Of a stretch of DNA of 64,000 nucleotides, positions 45,865-59,083 are shown in pieces. Positions within the stretch are counted from its first letter, which is position 1. Each line of letters begins with the position of its first letter. The notes under the pieces were generated by a model that had not been told where the DNA came from, made no database searches, and was given only the letters and a program-made list of their open reading frames with translations. Both the position numbers and the translations under genes were made by a program. The stretch comes from Utricularia gibba (lineage: Eukaryota; Plantae; Magnoliophyta), in NCBI GenBank assembly GCA_002189035.1, contig NEEC01000004.1, forward strand, positions 1,674,001-1,738,000, written 5' to 3'.

Positions 45865-47846
45865 ATCACCACGACACACGAAGCCTCGAACTTCATGTTT
45901 GAATCCGACCAAAGTTGTCTATATATATAAATCTCTGTATACTATCGAATGTGTAAAGGGCCATATGCTACAGAAAAGTGTATTTCTTGATTTATTGTGT
46001 ATATAATAAGGTAAAGTGTGGAAAAACCATTTAAAGATTATTTTAAGATAATTGAATGGAATAATCCACTATTCAAAATTTTTTATAGGGAAGTGGGATA
46101 TCTATGAGGCAGTATGTTCTTGGACCAACTTTCTTGGTATTTTAATTCCCTTTTAGTGTGATTTTCATTCTTCTAACTTTACTCTCTTATGGAATTCAAC
46201 AGCTCTTAATTCAAAATCCCGAGTGCATCCGAAACAACTCAAAACAATCCATACCATGTTCATTTGAGGGTCTTTCCCAAAAATTTTCTTACAATTTTTT
46301 CTATGTCCATATCGTGATTGAGCATTCAGTTTTTTGGTCGTTTGATTCACTTTTACGTGCTTTTCTCGACATTTTCCTTCTTCTGCTTGGTCATCTGTTC
46401 TTTATTACACAGGACAGGACAGATGAGAATGATTTGCGATATTTTTTGTCATATTACACAAATATGAAGCACTATTCGTCATGTGCTGTCGAGCATAGAG
46501 CCTTCATTATGTCCCGTAACATGTGTGATGACGCAAGCATTCCCTCCCTCGTGGCAAGCCAGACCAATTTTGACAACTCTTCGGTCTTCCTGCGGACACC
46601 GGAGCCTGCTTGGTCGACCATTGCAATTCGATCCCGGGTTCCTTGTGCCGGCTGCCTCTTTCTCTCTATGGGCCGCCGGAGCCTCTGCATCTTGTTTTGC
46701 TGATATTGGGCAATCCCACGGTTTTCCAAAATTGGTTATCATTACGAGTCCTGCTCAATCATTACCCCCGTTGTAGTTCTAGTTAATTTGTTTCTATTCA
46801 TACCAACAAACACATCATTGTCCCAACAACAATAAAACAGATATTTTAAGTAAATAAATAACCAACCAATTTATCCTTGATGATGTGAACAAGTAGATGG
46901 TATAATTCAACACCAACATCACATATTAACAATTTAACTCTTCGGCATTGTTTGATATGAAATTATAAGATTGGTTTATAATGAATTTAATAAAATTATA
47001 TTGTTTTGTATGTAGACATAATTATATATACATATTAACCTCACATATATGTATACTTGAGGGAAGATAAGTATAAGTATTTTTATACCTACATATTTGA
47101 GTTTGTCTAAATCTAAATAATCTAAACCCATGAAAATCTAAATCAACTAACCAAGTAAAGACTTAAAATGCGTTTGGTCCTGGAGTTTTGTTAATGCTTT
47201 ATTTGAATTGAATATCTATGTTTTACAAACTTATGCTATTATATTTGATATATTGTTTTAAAATCGAATTGAATCCATACTATGATTTACTCATTGTCTT
47301 GAGTTAAACTTCTTTTATAAGGGATTGAATTCAATTATTGCGAAAAATACAAATAATTATTTAAGTTCAATATTTATCTAAATTTATAATTTTTTGAAAA
47401 ATTATTGAATCGCACTCAAATTGAATCTCGAGTTTTAAAAATATCAGAATTCTTTAATTAAAAAAATTGCTTTACCTACGTGTTTTAATAAATAATTATT
47501 ATAAAGGTTCAATAAATAATACGTTTATCAAATATACATAATTATCAATACACGTCAACCACTGAGGATTTAGATAAATATCAATAAATAAGAGAGACAA
47601 CAATGAGCAATAGGCTCCTCCGGTACATTAATTTCTATGGCAATATCTATTAATAAGTCTAAAGTAATGATTATAATTCCAAGGAGGAGCCCCTGAATCC
47701 TCGTAAATCATCAGAATCGCCTCCCACAACATTTAGGCCTTAGCTTATGGAACTCTGTGTGCTGATTCTTGGTATAAATTCTGCCATTCCCGGTCTTGGG
47801 AGACATTACCCCATCTTCCTCTCTCATCTGCACTTCAATACTTCAC

Positions 47847-49913
47847 ATGAACAAGCTAAGTGATAGCTCCCTCGTCGTCGATCTGGAGGCGCCGTTGCTC
47901 CCGCCGGCGGACACGGTTCCGGCGAGGTTGGCAGCTTGCAAGTCCGTCATAAGATCAATTTTCTCTTCCAAAATCTTCTATGTCTTGTTGGGTCCCCTGC
48001 TCTGCCTTGTCGTTTGCCTCTCCGTGAAGATACAGGATGCCAGCAATGGAGCAAGCCGGAACATGCTGGGGGTTCTCGCGTGGATCTTTGACTGGTGGTT
48101 GACGGAGGCCGTGCCTGTCCCTATAACCTCCATCTCCCCGCTCTTCCTTTTCCCCCTCTTCGGAATTTCCGATGCCGACGATGTTGCGCATGCGTACTTC
48201 AACGACGTGATCACCCTCGTGCTTGGAAGCTTGATCCTCGCCCTCGCTGTGGAGCATTACAACATCCACCGGAGATTGGCTCTCAAGGTGAAAATAAACT
48301 TAAAACCCCCATTTTCATTTTTCAAAAGTATGTCTATTCCAATGGTTATACAATACAGATAACTTTGACGTTCTGCGGGGAGCCATTGAATCAGCACCTG
48401 CTACTGTTGGCAATTTGCGGGACGACGACGTTCATCAGTATGTGGATGCACAACGTCGTCGCGGCGGTGATGATGGTCTCGGTGGCTACCGGAATTCTGC
48501 AGCGGCTGCCGTCGGGGCCGGAGAAGCCTGCGGCGGTGTCCAACTTCTGCAAAGCGGTAGTTCTGGGAGTGATGTACTCATCGACCATTGGTGGAATGTG
48601 TACCCTGACAGGGACAGGTGTCAACCTGATACTGGTGGGTATGTGGAAGAGCTACTACCCGGACCACAAGCCTATTACTTTCAGCACGTGGCTATTCTTC
48701 GGATTGCCACTTGGCATTATTTTATTCGTTGCCTTATGGGCCATACTCTGCGTTGTCTACTTTCGGAAAGGATCGGCCCGAATCCTATCACAGTACTTGG
48801 ATAAGGCCCATTTGCAGAGGGAGCTCGATTTGCTTGGTAAGAATTTTAATTTTACATTTCAATTTATTTTTAATTAAATTGTCTGATGGAATATATATAT
48901 TTATGCAGGGCCTTTATCCTTTGCAGAGAAAACTATTTTAATTATATTTTTGGTAAGCCATAAATAAAATAGTATTTTCCCCTCTCTTTCTTCTTCTTTT
49001 TTGTTCTAAAAAAATTAAGATATTTATTGCCCGAAATAAAATGCAGGTCCAAATAGTCTTGTGGTTGACCCGGGATATCACCGGTGATATTCCCGGCTGG
49101 GGTGCGCTGTTCCACGGCCTTCCCGGCGATGGCACAGTTAGTGTAAGTAATCCAAACACATATTACCACACTTGGGTATGAATTTCTTTATAATAAAAAA
49201 GATGATTATGAATGCGTGTGGATATTTTGAAATGTAAAATTGATTTTGAAGTGTTATGTAGAAACCAGAACTATTCTAAGAATTAGTTTGAACGTTTTTT
49301 TGTATGTTTAGGTGATGATGGCCACACTGCTGTTCATAATCCCTAACAAAAAGCACCCGGAAGAGAAGGTTATGGATTGGAACAAATGCAAGAAGATCTC
49401 TTGGAACGTCATCCTGCTCATCGGCGCCGGCTTCGCCATCGCCGACGGCGTCCGCACCAGCGGCCTGGCCTCCATCCTTTCCAAGACGCTGGACTTTCTA
49501 GGGGCGGCGCCCTATTGGACCATCGCTCCGGTGGTTGGCCTGGTGAGCTGCACCCTCACCGAGTTCGCCTCCAACAACGCGGTGGCCACTCTCCTCATCC
49601 CCCTTCTCATTCAAATCGCCGAGCCACTCCACGTTGTCCCCGCCATTCTCGTCATCCCCGCCGTCATCGGAGCTCAGTACGCCTTCCTGTTGCCCACCGG
49701 AACCCCTCGAACGTCGTCGGATTCTCCACCGGATACATTGGGATCAAAGACATGCTCCTCGTGGGATCTCTCATCAAAGTTGTGGGGATCATTCTCGTAT
49801 CCCTTTTAATGCCGACTCTTGGTAACCAACACACTCCATTCCCTTCAGGGTTTCTCAAGTTGTTAACATTTGTGAAATTTCTTGCAGGAGCTCGAGTTTT
49901 TGCAGGCATCTAG
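47847..49913 (+). CDS. TDT: Tonoplast dicarboxylate transporter, tandem copy 2; apparent 1-nt deletion in exon 5
   Basis: Same six-exon structure and motifs as copy 1. The frame slips at the C run 49703-49706 (PTGTP / SNVVGF). Confidence 0.87.
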
Positions 49914-52900
49914 GACTCGATCAAGGACCTTTTTCTTTTTATACATATATTTTTTTTAAATCAGCCTCCTGTCATCCGAGATTTTGTGCGATTCGGGCAA
50001 AATCATCTGCCTTGTAGATTTGTGCAATAAAATACTCAGCTTGATTTTGCAAACTTTCGATAAAAATCATATTATGACAGTATTCCATATTGATTATGAA
50101 CTGAAAAGTTTAAATAAATAAATAATTTTTTAAAATTTTACATAAGATCTTTTTATCAAAAGAAAAAAACGTAAAATAATAAGAGTTGAGTAATCGAAAT
50201 AGATAATATTGTACAAAACCAAATTGAATTATGATATATGTTCTAAATAATTCAATGGCATGTTATAACATTGAATTCAATGAAGCCATTTCAAGAATTA
50301 AATGCTGCAAGTGTATCTATTTATATGCTCCTTCCATCGTTTTCAGCATATTTATTCAGAAATGAAGTTGGGTTTGCCTCCCCCGTGGGTGAACTCCACC
50401 ACAACATCTAGGATAAGACTTCATAATTCAACTCTATTCTCCAACATATTAAACGCCTCCTTGATTGAAGATATTTGTAGAGATTTGAGATAAATGTAAA
50501 CGAAATGAAATGCATAGGTCCAAATTTGCAGAGTATTGCTTATTTTGAATTTGAGTTACCATAAACATGGAATAATAATATAGTGATCCCATCCTTCCTT
50601 GAAATATCTTTGGAAATCATCTTTATTTCACATTTTTATTAAGATATTATTCCATTTAAATAGTTTCCAACAAAAATATAATTTAAAAAATCAAATTTGT
50701 CTCATTAACAATTAAATATAATTCCATTTTTTTATTTGAAACCAAATGCAACTTAAGTTGTATGTAGCATACTAGATCCCATTTCTCCATCCATGTATGG
50801 ATTTGGATTAGATCATTTTTATAATATCTTGAATTGTGTTCAATAATCTTTAATTATATTTTTTAAAAATAAAAAATTACTATTTAAACAGATTGAATCC
50901 ATTCTTTGATTTATCATAATTTTGAGTTAAAGGGATCAAATCATAGATTGAATTCATGATTTTGAAACATTGATTCACACATCTTAGTCAAAAAAAATGT
51001 GGAGTAAGTGAGTATTTTCATTTCCATTCAGGTGCAAAAAAACAATAGACAGTGAAAACAGTGTATGAGTGCTTTTGAGAACTTGTGCCTTGTAACTCCT
51101 CTTGATCAGGAGTGTTCTCAATCAGTTGTGAGTTTTGGTCAAAAAGGAAAAAATAGTGAAGGAGACAACAACCCAACAATCACTTGGTTCATTGAAGCCT
51201 AAGTGTCACATCCCTTTTCCACTTTAAATCCCAAGCCCCAGTTCAATAATGCTCAAATTTTGTGGTGACTTTTAACAGTTTTTGTGTGGATCATAGCACA
51301 CCACTTTTTCTATTAGAGAAAATAATTATAAATATGTCTAATTTAATATAATATAATGACCATATTTTTGAATCATTGTGTATCTTCTTGTTATAAGGAT
51401 AAGAACTAAGAGTATGTTTAAAACAGTTTATAGTTTTAGATAAATATTTTAAAAATAATTTTATTATCAAATATGAATGATTTTTATACTAAAAACTTAA
51501 AAATTTAGAAATACTTATTATTGTTAATAAACTATAAATAGTTCTCGAAAACTATTTTTTGAGAAGTTATATTATATTATAAATTTAATTTTATGAAACT
51601 CTTTCGTAATTTATAAAGGGGAATTAATTCTCTATCTATCCACGCTTTTATTCTGAATTATATTTCTATAATTTGCTTTTGGAAGAGCTACATAAAGTAA
51701 ACGCAAAAGAGTGTGTTTTTTTTGCTTTTTTTTTATTCAAGAATATCTGGGAATATTCATCAATATGTATTTTTTGCAGAAGCGGCCAAAATACTTTTTA
51801 GAAAGTGAATGTGAATGCTAGAAAGGAAATTCTCACATTATCCCACTATATGAATATAAAAAAATAAACACAATTTATGCTTGATATAAATTCTCAAAAA
51901 TTACTTTTCCAGAAGTAAAAGTAAAATTGTGATTCTTTATTTTCATGGAATAAAATTTGAATATTTATTAAAAAACTTTTTATTTAGAAACATAAATTGT
52001 TCTAATCAAACATTTAAAGAACATTCCTGCCCACACCCCTTGTAATGGTACAAATGTAAGTATTGATATTATCCACATAATTATGCTGCATTAATATCTA
52101 ATACTATGGTATTTTTAATAATAAATACTCAAATATTTATTTAAACATATCAAATAAGATGGTATTTAAATGTTATTTTTAATATCGTAGAAAAAATCCA
52201 AGCTCAAAAGGTGGAAATTTCACAAAACAAAATACTCAAATCTTTTCAAGAATAATATTCAATTTTTAATCCAAAGTTAATGGAGTTTATAGGTATTTTT
52301 AGGGTGATTTTGGGTAACAGTAAAAAAAGTTAGTTGCATGAGGGGCAATAAAGGGTGGATCTGTAGATCTCTTGAATGATGCCCCACCAAGTGTCAAGCA
52401 TATCCATTTAACATTGATATTGTTTTGATTGGAATTTATAACGCCCTTGACAAATTTGGCGATGTTTAATTTTATACTCATTTTTTTAAATATTTTGTGG
52501 ACAATGTTACCCCTCCCCTACAGTTAAGAACATAACATTTGAAAAAAAAAAGAGCTGGAAATCATGCCATGCAAATTGGGAAAAAATAAAAGGAAAAGTT
52601 ATCCAGTTTACAGAGATTTGGATGTTTATGGCTCAAATCTTCAACAGTGCACGTGATCAGTCAAGAATGGGGACTATATATAGCGATGATAGCTCAAGAC
52701 ATCACTCACAAGAGCCCTCTTTTGTTGGGAATCAACCGGAAGGGGAGCAGAACGAGGACTGTCTCTGAGAAGGGTATGCTTTCGTCACCTACGATTATAT
52801 CGACCCTTTATTTAGCAGCAATCGCTTCTCTGTTTTGATGGATCTCTTGGAATCGTGAAAGGGTTTGTGGGTTATTTTTCTTCATTGGGACAGCACCTAT

Positions 52901-53031
52901 TTGCCTGTAAAGTTTCTCTTTTTATGGTGTTTGTTTTGGGAAATCGGTGATTGGTCTTTTTGATAGAGAATGGGTTCTTTTGGGTCTAAAACTTACAACA
53001 AAAAAAGGGTGGTTTCGTACAGGTTTTTGAA

Positions 53032-55294
53032 ATGGAGGGTGGGGTGGTAAACTGGATAAAACAGAGTTCACGGACTGCTGCAGAACGTCGTTTCGGAGTC
53101 CGTACATCATGCAATTGGCATTAACTGCAGGGATTGGAGGTCTCTTGTTTGGTTATGACACAGGTGCAAGGCATCACCCTTTTTCTTGTGCTTATTCGGC
53201 ACTGTAAAGATCGTTTCTTGTTTTTCTTTAATTGTTCTGTTGACAAAATGATGAATCAGAATTCGGTTCCTATTTTACTACCGCGTTTGAATCCCATCGG
53301 TTTATAGGGCAAAACTTATCCATTGTTGAGAAGCCACTGAAATATTTGGTTTGCTGTCCTGTTTGTTAATCAGGTGTTATTTCTGGAGCTCTTCTCTACA
53401 TCAAAGATGACTTCAAATCTGTATACAATGACACCGTGTTGCAGGCATGTTTCCATGATTTACACAGGTTTCTTCCATGGTTTCTGTGTGGCTAAAACTT
53501 GCCTCGTGGAAACAGGAAACAATTGTCAGTATGGCGGTGGCCGGAGCTATCATCGGAGCCGCTTTTGGTGGCGCTATAAATGACAAGTACGGAAGAAAAA
53601 AAGCCATTCTTTTAGCGGATACGTTGTTCTTTATTGGAGCAGTGATCATGGCTGCTTCTATGTACCCCTGGATGATCATCGTGGGGAGGATATTCGTCGG
53701 CCTCGGAGTCGGAATGGCATCCATGACATCGCCTCTTTACATATCTGAAGCCTCGCCTGCTCGAATTCGAGGTGCACTGGTTAGCACCAATGGCTTGCTC
53801 ATCACCGGGGGTCAGTTCCTGGCGTACCTGATCAACCTTGGATTCACCAAGGTGACTGAACTTTAGAGCCCATCAACATTCTGGTTTTCTTGTTGGCGTT
53901 TAATGGACGCGGCGTGCATTTTCTTAGGCTCCAGGAACATGGCGATGGATGCTTGGAGTCGCTGGGATTCCAGCACTGGTTCAGTTCTTCTTGATGCTCT
54001 TCCTCCCTGAGTCTCCTCGATGGCTCTATCGTCAAGTACATGGAAGCTAATTCAGCACTGCGTAGCTTAGTTTTGAGTTGCTGTTAGCTGAGTTTTTCAT
54101 GGTGAACACTGAACAGGGAAAAGTAGATGAAGCGAGGGCGATATTGGAGAGAATCTATCCACCGGAGGAAGTTGAAGACGAGATGTCTGCGTTGCATTCC
54201 TCGATTGAAGCTGAGAAAGCAGACGAGGGGTTCATCGGAAACAGTATAATCTCAAAGCTGAAAACCATATGGGGGAACGTTGTCGTTCGCCGAGGCCTCT
54301 ACGCTGGGGTAACTGTCCAGGTTGCTCAACAGTTCGTTGGGATAAACACGGTGATGTACTACAGCCCCACCATCGTTCAGCTCGCCGGATTTGCCTCAAA
54401 TAAGACGGCGATAGCCCTGTCGCTCATCACCTCCGGCCTCAACGCCATTGGCTCCATTGTTAGCATGGCTTTTGTGGATCGTTTTGGCCGGAGAAGACTC
54501 ATGCTTATATCCATGGTGGGAATTATAGTCTGTCTTGTTGCTCTATCAGTAACTTTCTTCCAGGCAAATATCCACGCGCCGCCTGTCTCCGCCGTGGAAT
54601 CTCTCCAATTCGGTACAAACTCCACCTGCTCCAGTTTCCTTCAGGCGAATCAACCTACATCGTGGAATTGTATGAGTTGCCTTAAGGCCTCCTCCGACTG
54701 CGGTTTCTGCACTAACGGAAACGGAAATGTAAGTGCCGGGAATCACCTCTTGTTGCTTATTACATCAACATCCCTCCATTGAATACACTTACATTTTCCG
54801 AACAGTATCTCCCCGGAGCATGCCTGGAGTCAACAAAGCTGGTACGCGACGCTTGCCGTTCGGAGCACCGTACATGGTACACAGAGGGGTGTCCCAGCAA
54901 ATTCGGGCCATTAGCGGTGGTTTTCATGGCGCTGTACATCATGTCCTATTCCCCCGGCATGGGAACCGCGCCGTGGATTGTGAACTCCGAAATATACCCC
55001 TTGAGGTACCGCGGGATCGGGGGTGGCATCGCAGCCGTATCGAACTGGATGTCGAATCTCATCGTCAGCCAGAGTTTTCTTTCACTGACCAAGGCAGTCG
55101 GCTCCGCCGGAACTTTCTTACTTTTCGCCGGATTCTCCGCCATCGGGATGGTGTTTATATACTTCCTGGTGCCGGAGACGAAGGGATTGCAGTTCGAGGA
55201 GGTGGAGAAGATGCTGGAGAAAGGGTTCAGGCCTCCTCTCTGTTGTTGCAGTAAGAAAGAAAATGGAGAAGACGATGAAGTAATTGTCAAGTAG
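53032..55294 (+). CDS. INT4: Inositol transporter (INT2/INT4 type); apparent 1-nt deletion at codon 4-5
   Basis: [90 protein letters not shown], a Cys-rich extracellular loop, [10 protein letters not shown] and VPETKGL. Confidence 0.92.
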
Positions 55295-55698
55295 AGGTAA
55301 CAAACGACTCCGTGAATAAATTTATCACCGTTGGTAGCAAGAGGATGCGCCATATTTTATACCTCAATCGAGGTGAATGGAAAAAGAAAACTGTTTACTG
55401 TAAACAGCAAGGTGCATGCACAGGTAATACAACACAATTCAATTCATGATCCAGAAGGCTGACGGAGATAGAGCAAACTCAGACCTTACAAATTCAATCT
55501 AAGAAGCCCCGCATACATTACTTGTAGCCAAAAAGCAACAGCCATGAGGATAAGAAAAAGGCTGCAGTGAATATGCTTTGCATTCAAGCGAAAAAAATAG
55601 ATAGAACATGAGCTTCTAACACTCCTCGATAAGCTTTGTACAAGTCCGGTGAGATGAAAGCAGTTGCTATATACATACAGCAGCCGTTGTACTTTCTT

Positions 55699-57268
55699 CT
55701 ACGGACTTGGTGAAGAACCTTCCTGCCTCGGCTCTCTCAAATACCCAAGAAGTGTTTCAGCCTGCCAGTAACCATAGACACACAGAGTAAGATCTTGCAG
55801 TAGCAAATGCATCTATCTGAACAAGATTTGGAATCACAGTCACACAAATTCAAATTCTCCCCCTTGCTGTGCACAAGCAGGTAGGAACATGCACATCATT
55901 GTAATCATTACTAGAAAAGTGACAAATTCAAGATGAAGAAGGGATCATAAGATGGAAATGTGCGTCATGGGAGCAAACCTTATGCTTAGCTTTCATTGTG
56001 CCGTTTTGGGACAGCGCCACTAGCGGTGGGATTCCGCCCTCTCTCACTAGCAATCCTCGATTCCTGACGCTTCCTATGCAGAGCTGCAGCAAAGTGACAA
56101 CTGCAAATTCCTTCCCTTTTTCACTCCCATCTTCAGTGGCTTCAACCAGAGCAGGGATTCCACCTTCTTCTACAATTGCATTTCTTCCGATCTCAATTCC
56201 GGCCAAACTGCTAAGCACAACCAGCGCTTTTTCCTCCAGACCAGATCCTCGTTCACCCACAAGACCCACCAATGGCTTCACAGCACCGGCGCAGACAGCT
56301 CTCTCTTTGTTCAGTTTCACCGAACATAACTTGTAAAGGGTTGTAAGAGCATCCTTTTTCCCTCTATTGGAGCCGTTTATCATTAAGGAAACTAACGGAG
56401 GAATAGACCCAGCAGCTCCAATTGATAGCTTGTACTCCTCAACCAACGCTAAGCTCAGCAAGGCGCAGGCAGCATTCTGCTTTGAAGTCTCGGTTCCCGT
56501 TTTCAAAACGTAGATTAAAGATTTAACTGCGCCGGCGTGTGTTATCAAGCTCTTGTTGCTTTCATGGAGAGAGAGGTTGAGAATTGCAGTGACAGCGTGC
56601 TCTTGTGTCATAGCATCAGAGGAACGGAGAAGCGGAATAAGTGCAGGAACTGCGCCAGATTCACCGATCAGGACGCGATTATCCGCCCTATTTTTCGCTA
56701 AAAATCTAAGCTTCGCCGCCGCCGATCTCTGAACAGCAATCGACGCCGATTGCAAACCGTCAACACAGAGCTTGACGGTAGGCTGAAGGTCCTCCGATGA
56801 GATGCTTTCTATAATCTCAGTCGAGAATGCCTCTCTCTCCAAGAACCCAGTACACGGCTCAGGATCCGATTCCGAGCTCGCACCCCCAATCGGACCCGGA
56901 TCAGGTAAACTAGCCAAACGCTGAAGCTCGCCAGAAATATCACTAGAATAGGCCGAGAATTCACTGAAAGTCCCAGAAATCTCCAGAATCTCACCGATGT
57001 CGGAAACAGCGCCCTTAGAATCGCTGGACGGTTTATTGGCGAGCTCCCCAAGGTGAATATCGATATCTGCATCACTCAAATTCTCAGTATCATTGGGCAT
57101 CTCCTCCCGAGCCTTGTAGAGATTAGATCGAATAGTGCGCATAGACCGGCCCATAGAGTGGGTTATCCTCGCCGACGAAGATGACGGACTGTAGTAGCGG
57201 TACGGCGTTTGGGAATACGAAGAACAAGAAATGTTAGGGTTAGAGTGGGAATCTTGCATCGAAACCAT
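55699..57268 (-). CDS. ARM-repeat protein (U-box 4-like without U-box, At4g16490 type)
   Basis: [21 protein letters not shown], armadillo repeats ([35 protein letters not shown]). The short last exon [20 protein letters not shown] ends at 55699. Confidence 0.92.
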
Positions 57269-58729
57269 CGTATCGGAAGACCGGAGCTGGCAGTGAATGA
57301 CGTGAAATGACTCTTCTTCTGAGAGTGGTGGTGCTTCAGGAAACCTTCATGGCGGATTGTCGGCGCCTGAGACGAAACGAAATGGAGGAGCCGAATACTC
57401 CTGGCTCCTTTTAAATTATCTAATTTAATATTTTTAATTATATTTTCCTCGTGTCTTTGCCCCTTTCCATAGTTCACTATTTTCTATGTATTGTAGTATC
57501 ATTTAAAAGTCAACTTGTTTTTTTTTATAAATATATTAAATATTTTTTAAAAAATAGTCTAATAATTAAGATAAAATATTTTCAACATTAAATTGAGAAG
57601 AATGTCTTATTCTTTGATTAAAATTATACGTATTTTCATTATTGTATTTATTTCTATCCTTGGGAAGTAAATATCTATCTTTAAATGGGGTGTGAGATTT
57701 GTTCCCAACATGTACCATACACTTACTGTAGTCTGTGGGTCCCATGAAAGCTGGAATCTAGCGGGAGTGGGCCCCATCCGTTTCATGCGCATCATCATCA
57801 CCGTGGCTAGGGAACGGCACCGTTTCACTGACCGAAACAGCTTTTTTGTTTACCTTTTTTTTTTTTGAGGAGAAACTGTTTTCAAATCTCAATTATTTCG
57901 TGGTCCGGTAGCACACGGTTTTTCAAAAAATAAAAAATAATAAGACCCTTCTTTTTTATTTTGTTTTTCGGTTTAGTTAATGCAAAAGCAAGAATTTAAT
58001 AATACGCCACGTCATTTTCAAAAAGAAAAAAAAAGGGCAAATTCGATTTCGCCTGAATTCCCAAAAGTTGCATTATGAGTAGTAACATGGGGGAGATGGA
58101 GACGTATAACCATAAGTTGGCTGATTTAGTAAATTTAATAATGAAGACATTTTTATCTGTGTGATAAAGTACAACTAATAAGAATAGTATTTTTTTATTA
58201 TTTTCATAAAATTATTACCCATCCTCAATCTTGGGAATCAATAGGATGCCCATTATTATTATTATTATTTTAATTTTAGTACATTATATTCCTCTAATTC
58301 GTCTAGAATTGATGATGGTGGAAGTACAACCAGAGTGACGGTGGAGGGCATAATACACTAGAAAAATGAGTTATCTCCCTGTATCCACTTCAGCTCCTTA
58401 ATGGGCCTATCCTCACCACTATTGGGCCTATCATATATGATCCATGAGTTGTCAATGAGGGTGTCCGAGCCCTCATGGCTTTGTTTTACTTTTGACAGAT
58501 TCTGACAATATTTAATTTTTTCTTGAAATTAAAGACTAATAGAAATAAACAAACAAGTAAAAGACTAGAGCATATAATAATTTTATATGAAAATTATTTA
58601 TATTTTATTATGAATTATTCGTAATATGATGCATCGTTGGAGATTGAGGTTTTTTTTTTTGAAACACCATGAAACTTTATGGAGTAAATAAAAAACAAAT
58701 TATAGATTTAAAAAGCTTTATGGAGACCC

Positions 58730-59083
58730 TCAAAGCTTCTGGAAAGAAACGAGTTTATACATCCCGGAAAGGCTCTTGAAAACAACGGCATTGTAAGTCT
58801 TGATGGCGTTGCCAAGAGGGGCAGAGATTTGGATTCTGTAGTTCACTCCGGCGACGATTTGCTTGTACGCGCTGATAACTTTCACGAACTTAAGAGATCC
58901 TTCACCGTTTTTGTTGAACTGAGTCACCGCGAAATTCACTGCTGCTTTCACATCGGGGTCCGTTGTGGGCGCCGGATTGTACCCTCCGGGGACCTTATGG
59001 TCGGAGATCTGGCCGCGTGCGGCAACTGCAACGGAGAACACGAAGCAGAAGAAGAGAAGGAGAAGAGCAGGTTTGAGCGACAT
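58730..59083 (-). CDS. Secreted phytocystatin (cysteine protease inhibitor)
   Basis: Signal peptide, N-terminal GG, AVNFAV (LARFAV-like) and QIVAGVNY reactive loop. Intronless, 117 aa. Confidence 0.9.
   Translation of the reverse strand: MSLKPALLLLFFCFVFSVAVAARGQISDHKVPGGYNPAPTTDPDVKAAVNFAVTQFNKNGEGSLKFVKVISAYKQIVAGVNYRIQISAPLGNAIKTYNAVVFKSLSGMYKLVSFQKL

Noticed and set aside
33013-49913. CYP72A plus transporters as a biosynthetic gene cluster
   Set aside because: There is only one tailoring enzyme and no scaffold enzyme, and housekeeping bystin intervenes. TDT is a primary-metabolism carrier.
51076-51122. Inverted repeat TTGAGAAC..ACTCCT/AGGAGT..GTTCTCAA as a miRNA hairpin
   Set aside because: The stem is short with a 12-nt bulge and matches no conserved miRNA that I recall.
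27008-55294. Apparent cluster of pseudogenes (USP-C19-like, TDT1, TDT2, INT), or programmed frameshifting
   Set aside because: Every lesion is a 1-nt loss in a G/C run, and motifs and splice sites are intact. Assembly error is the simpler explanation.
33079-56336. Long antisense or alternate-frame ORFs over CYP72A, TDT, INT and ARM exons
   Set aside because: These are expected by-products of GC-rich third codon positions. No independent motifs are present.
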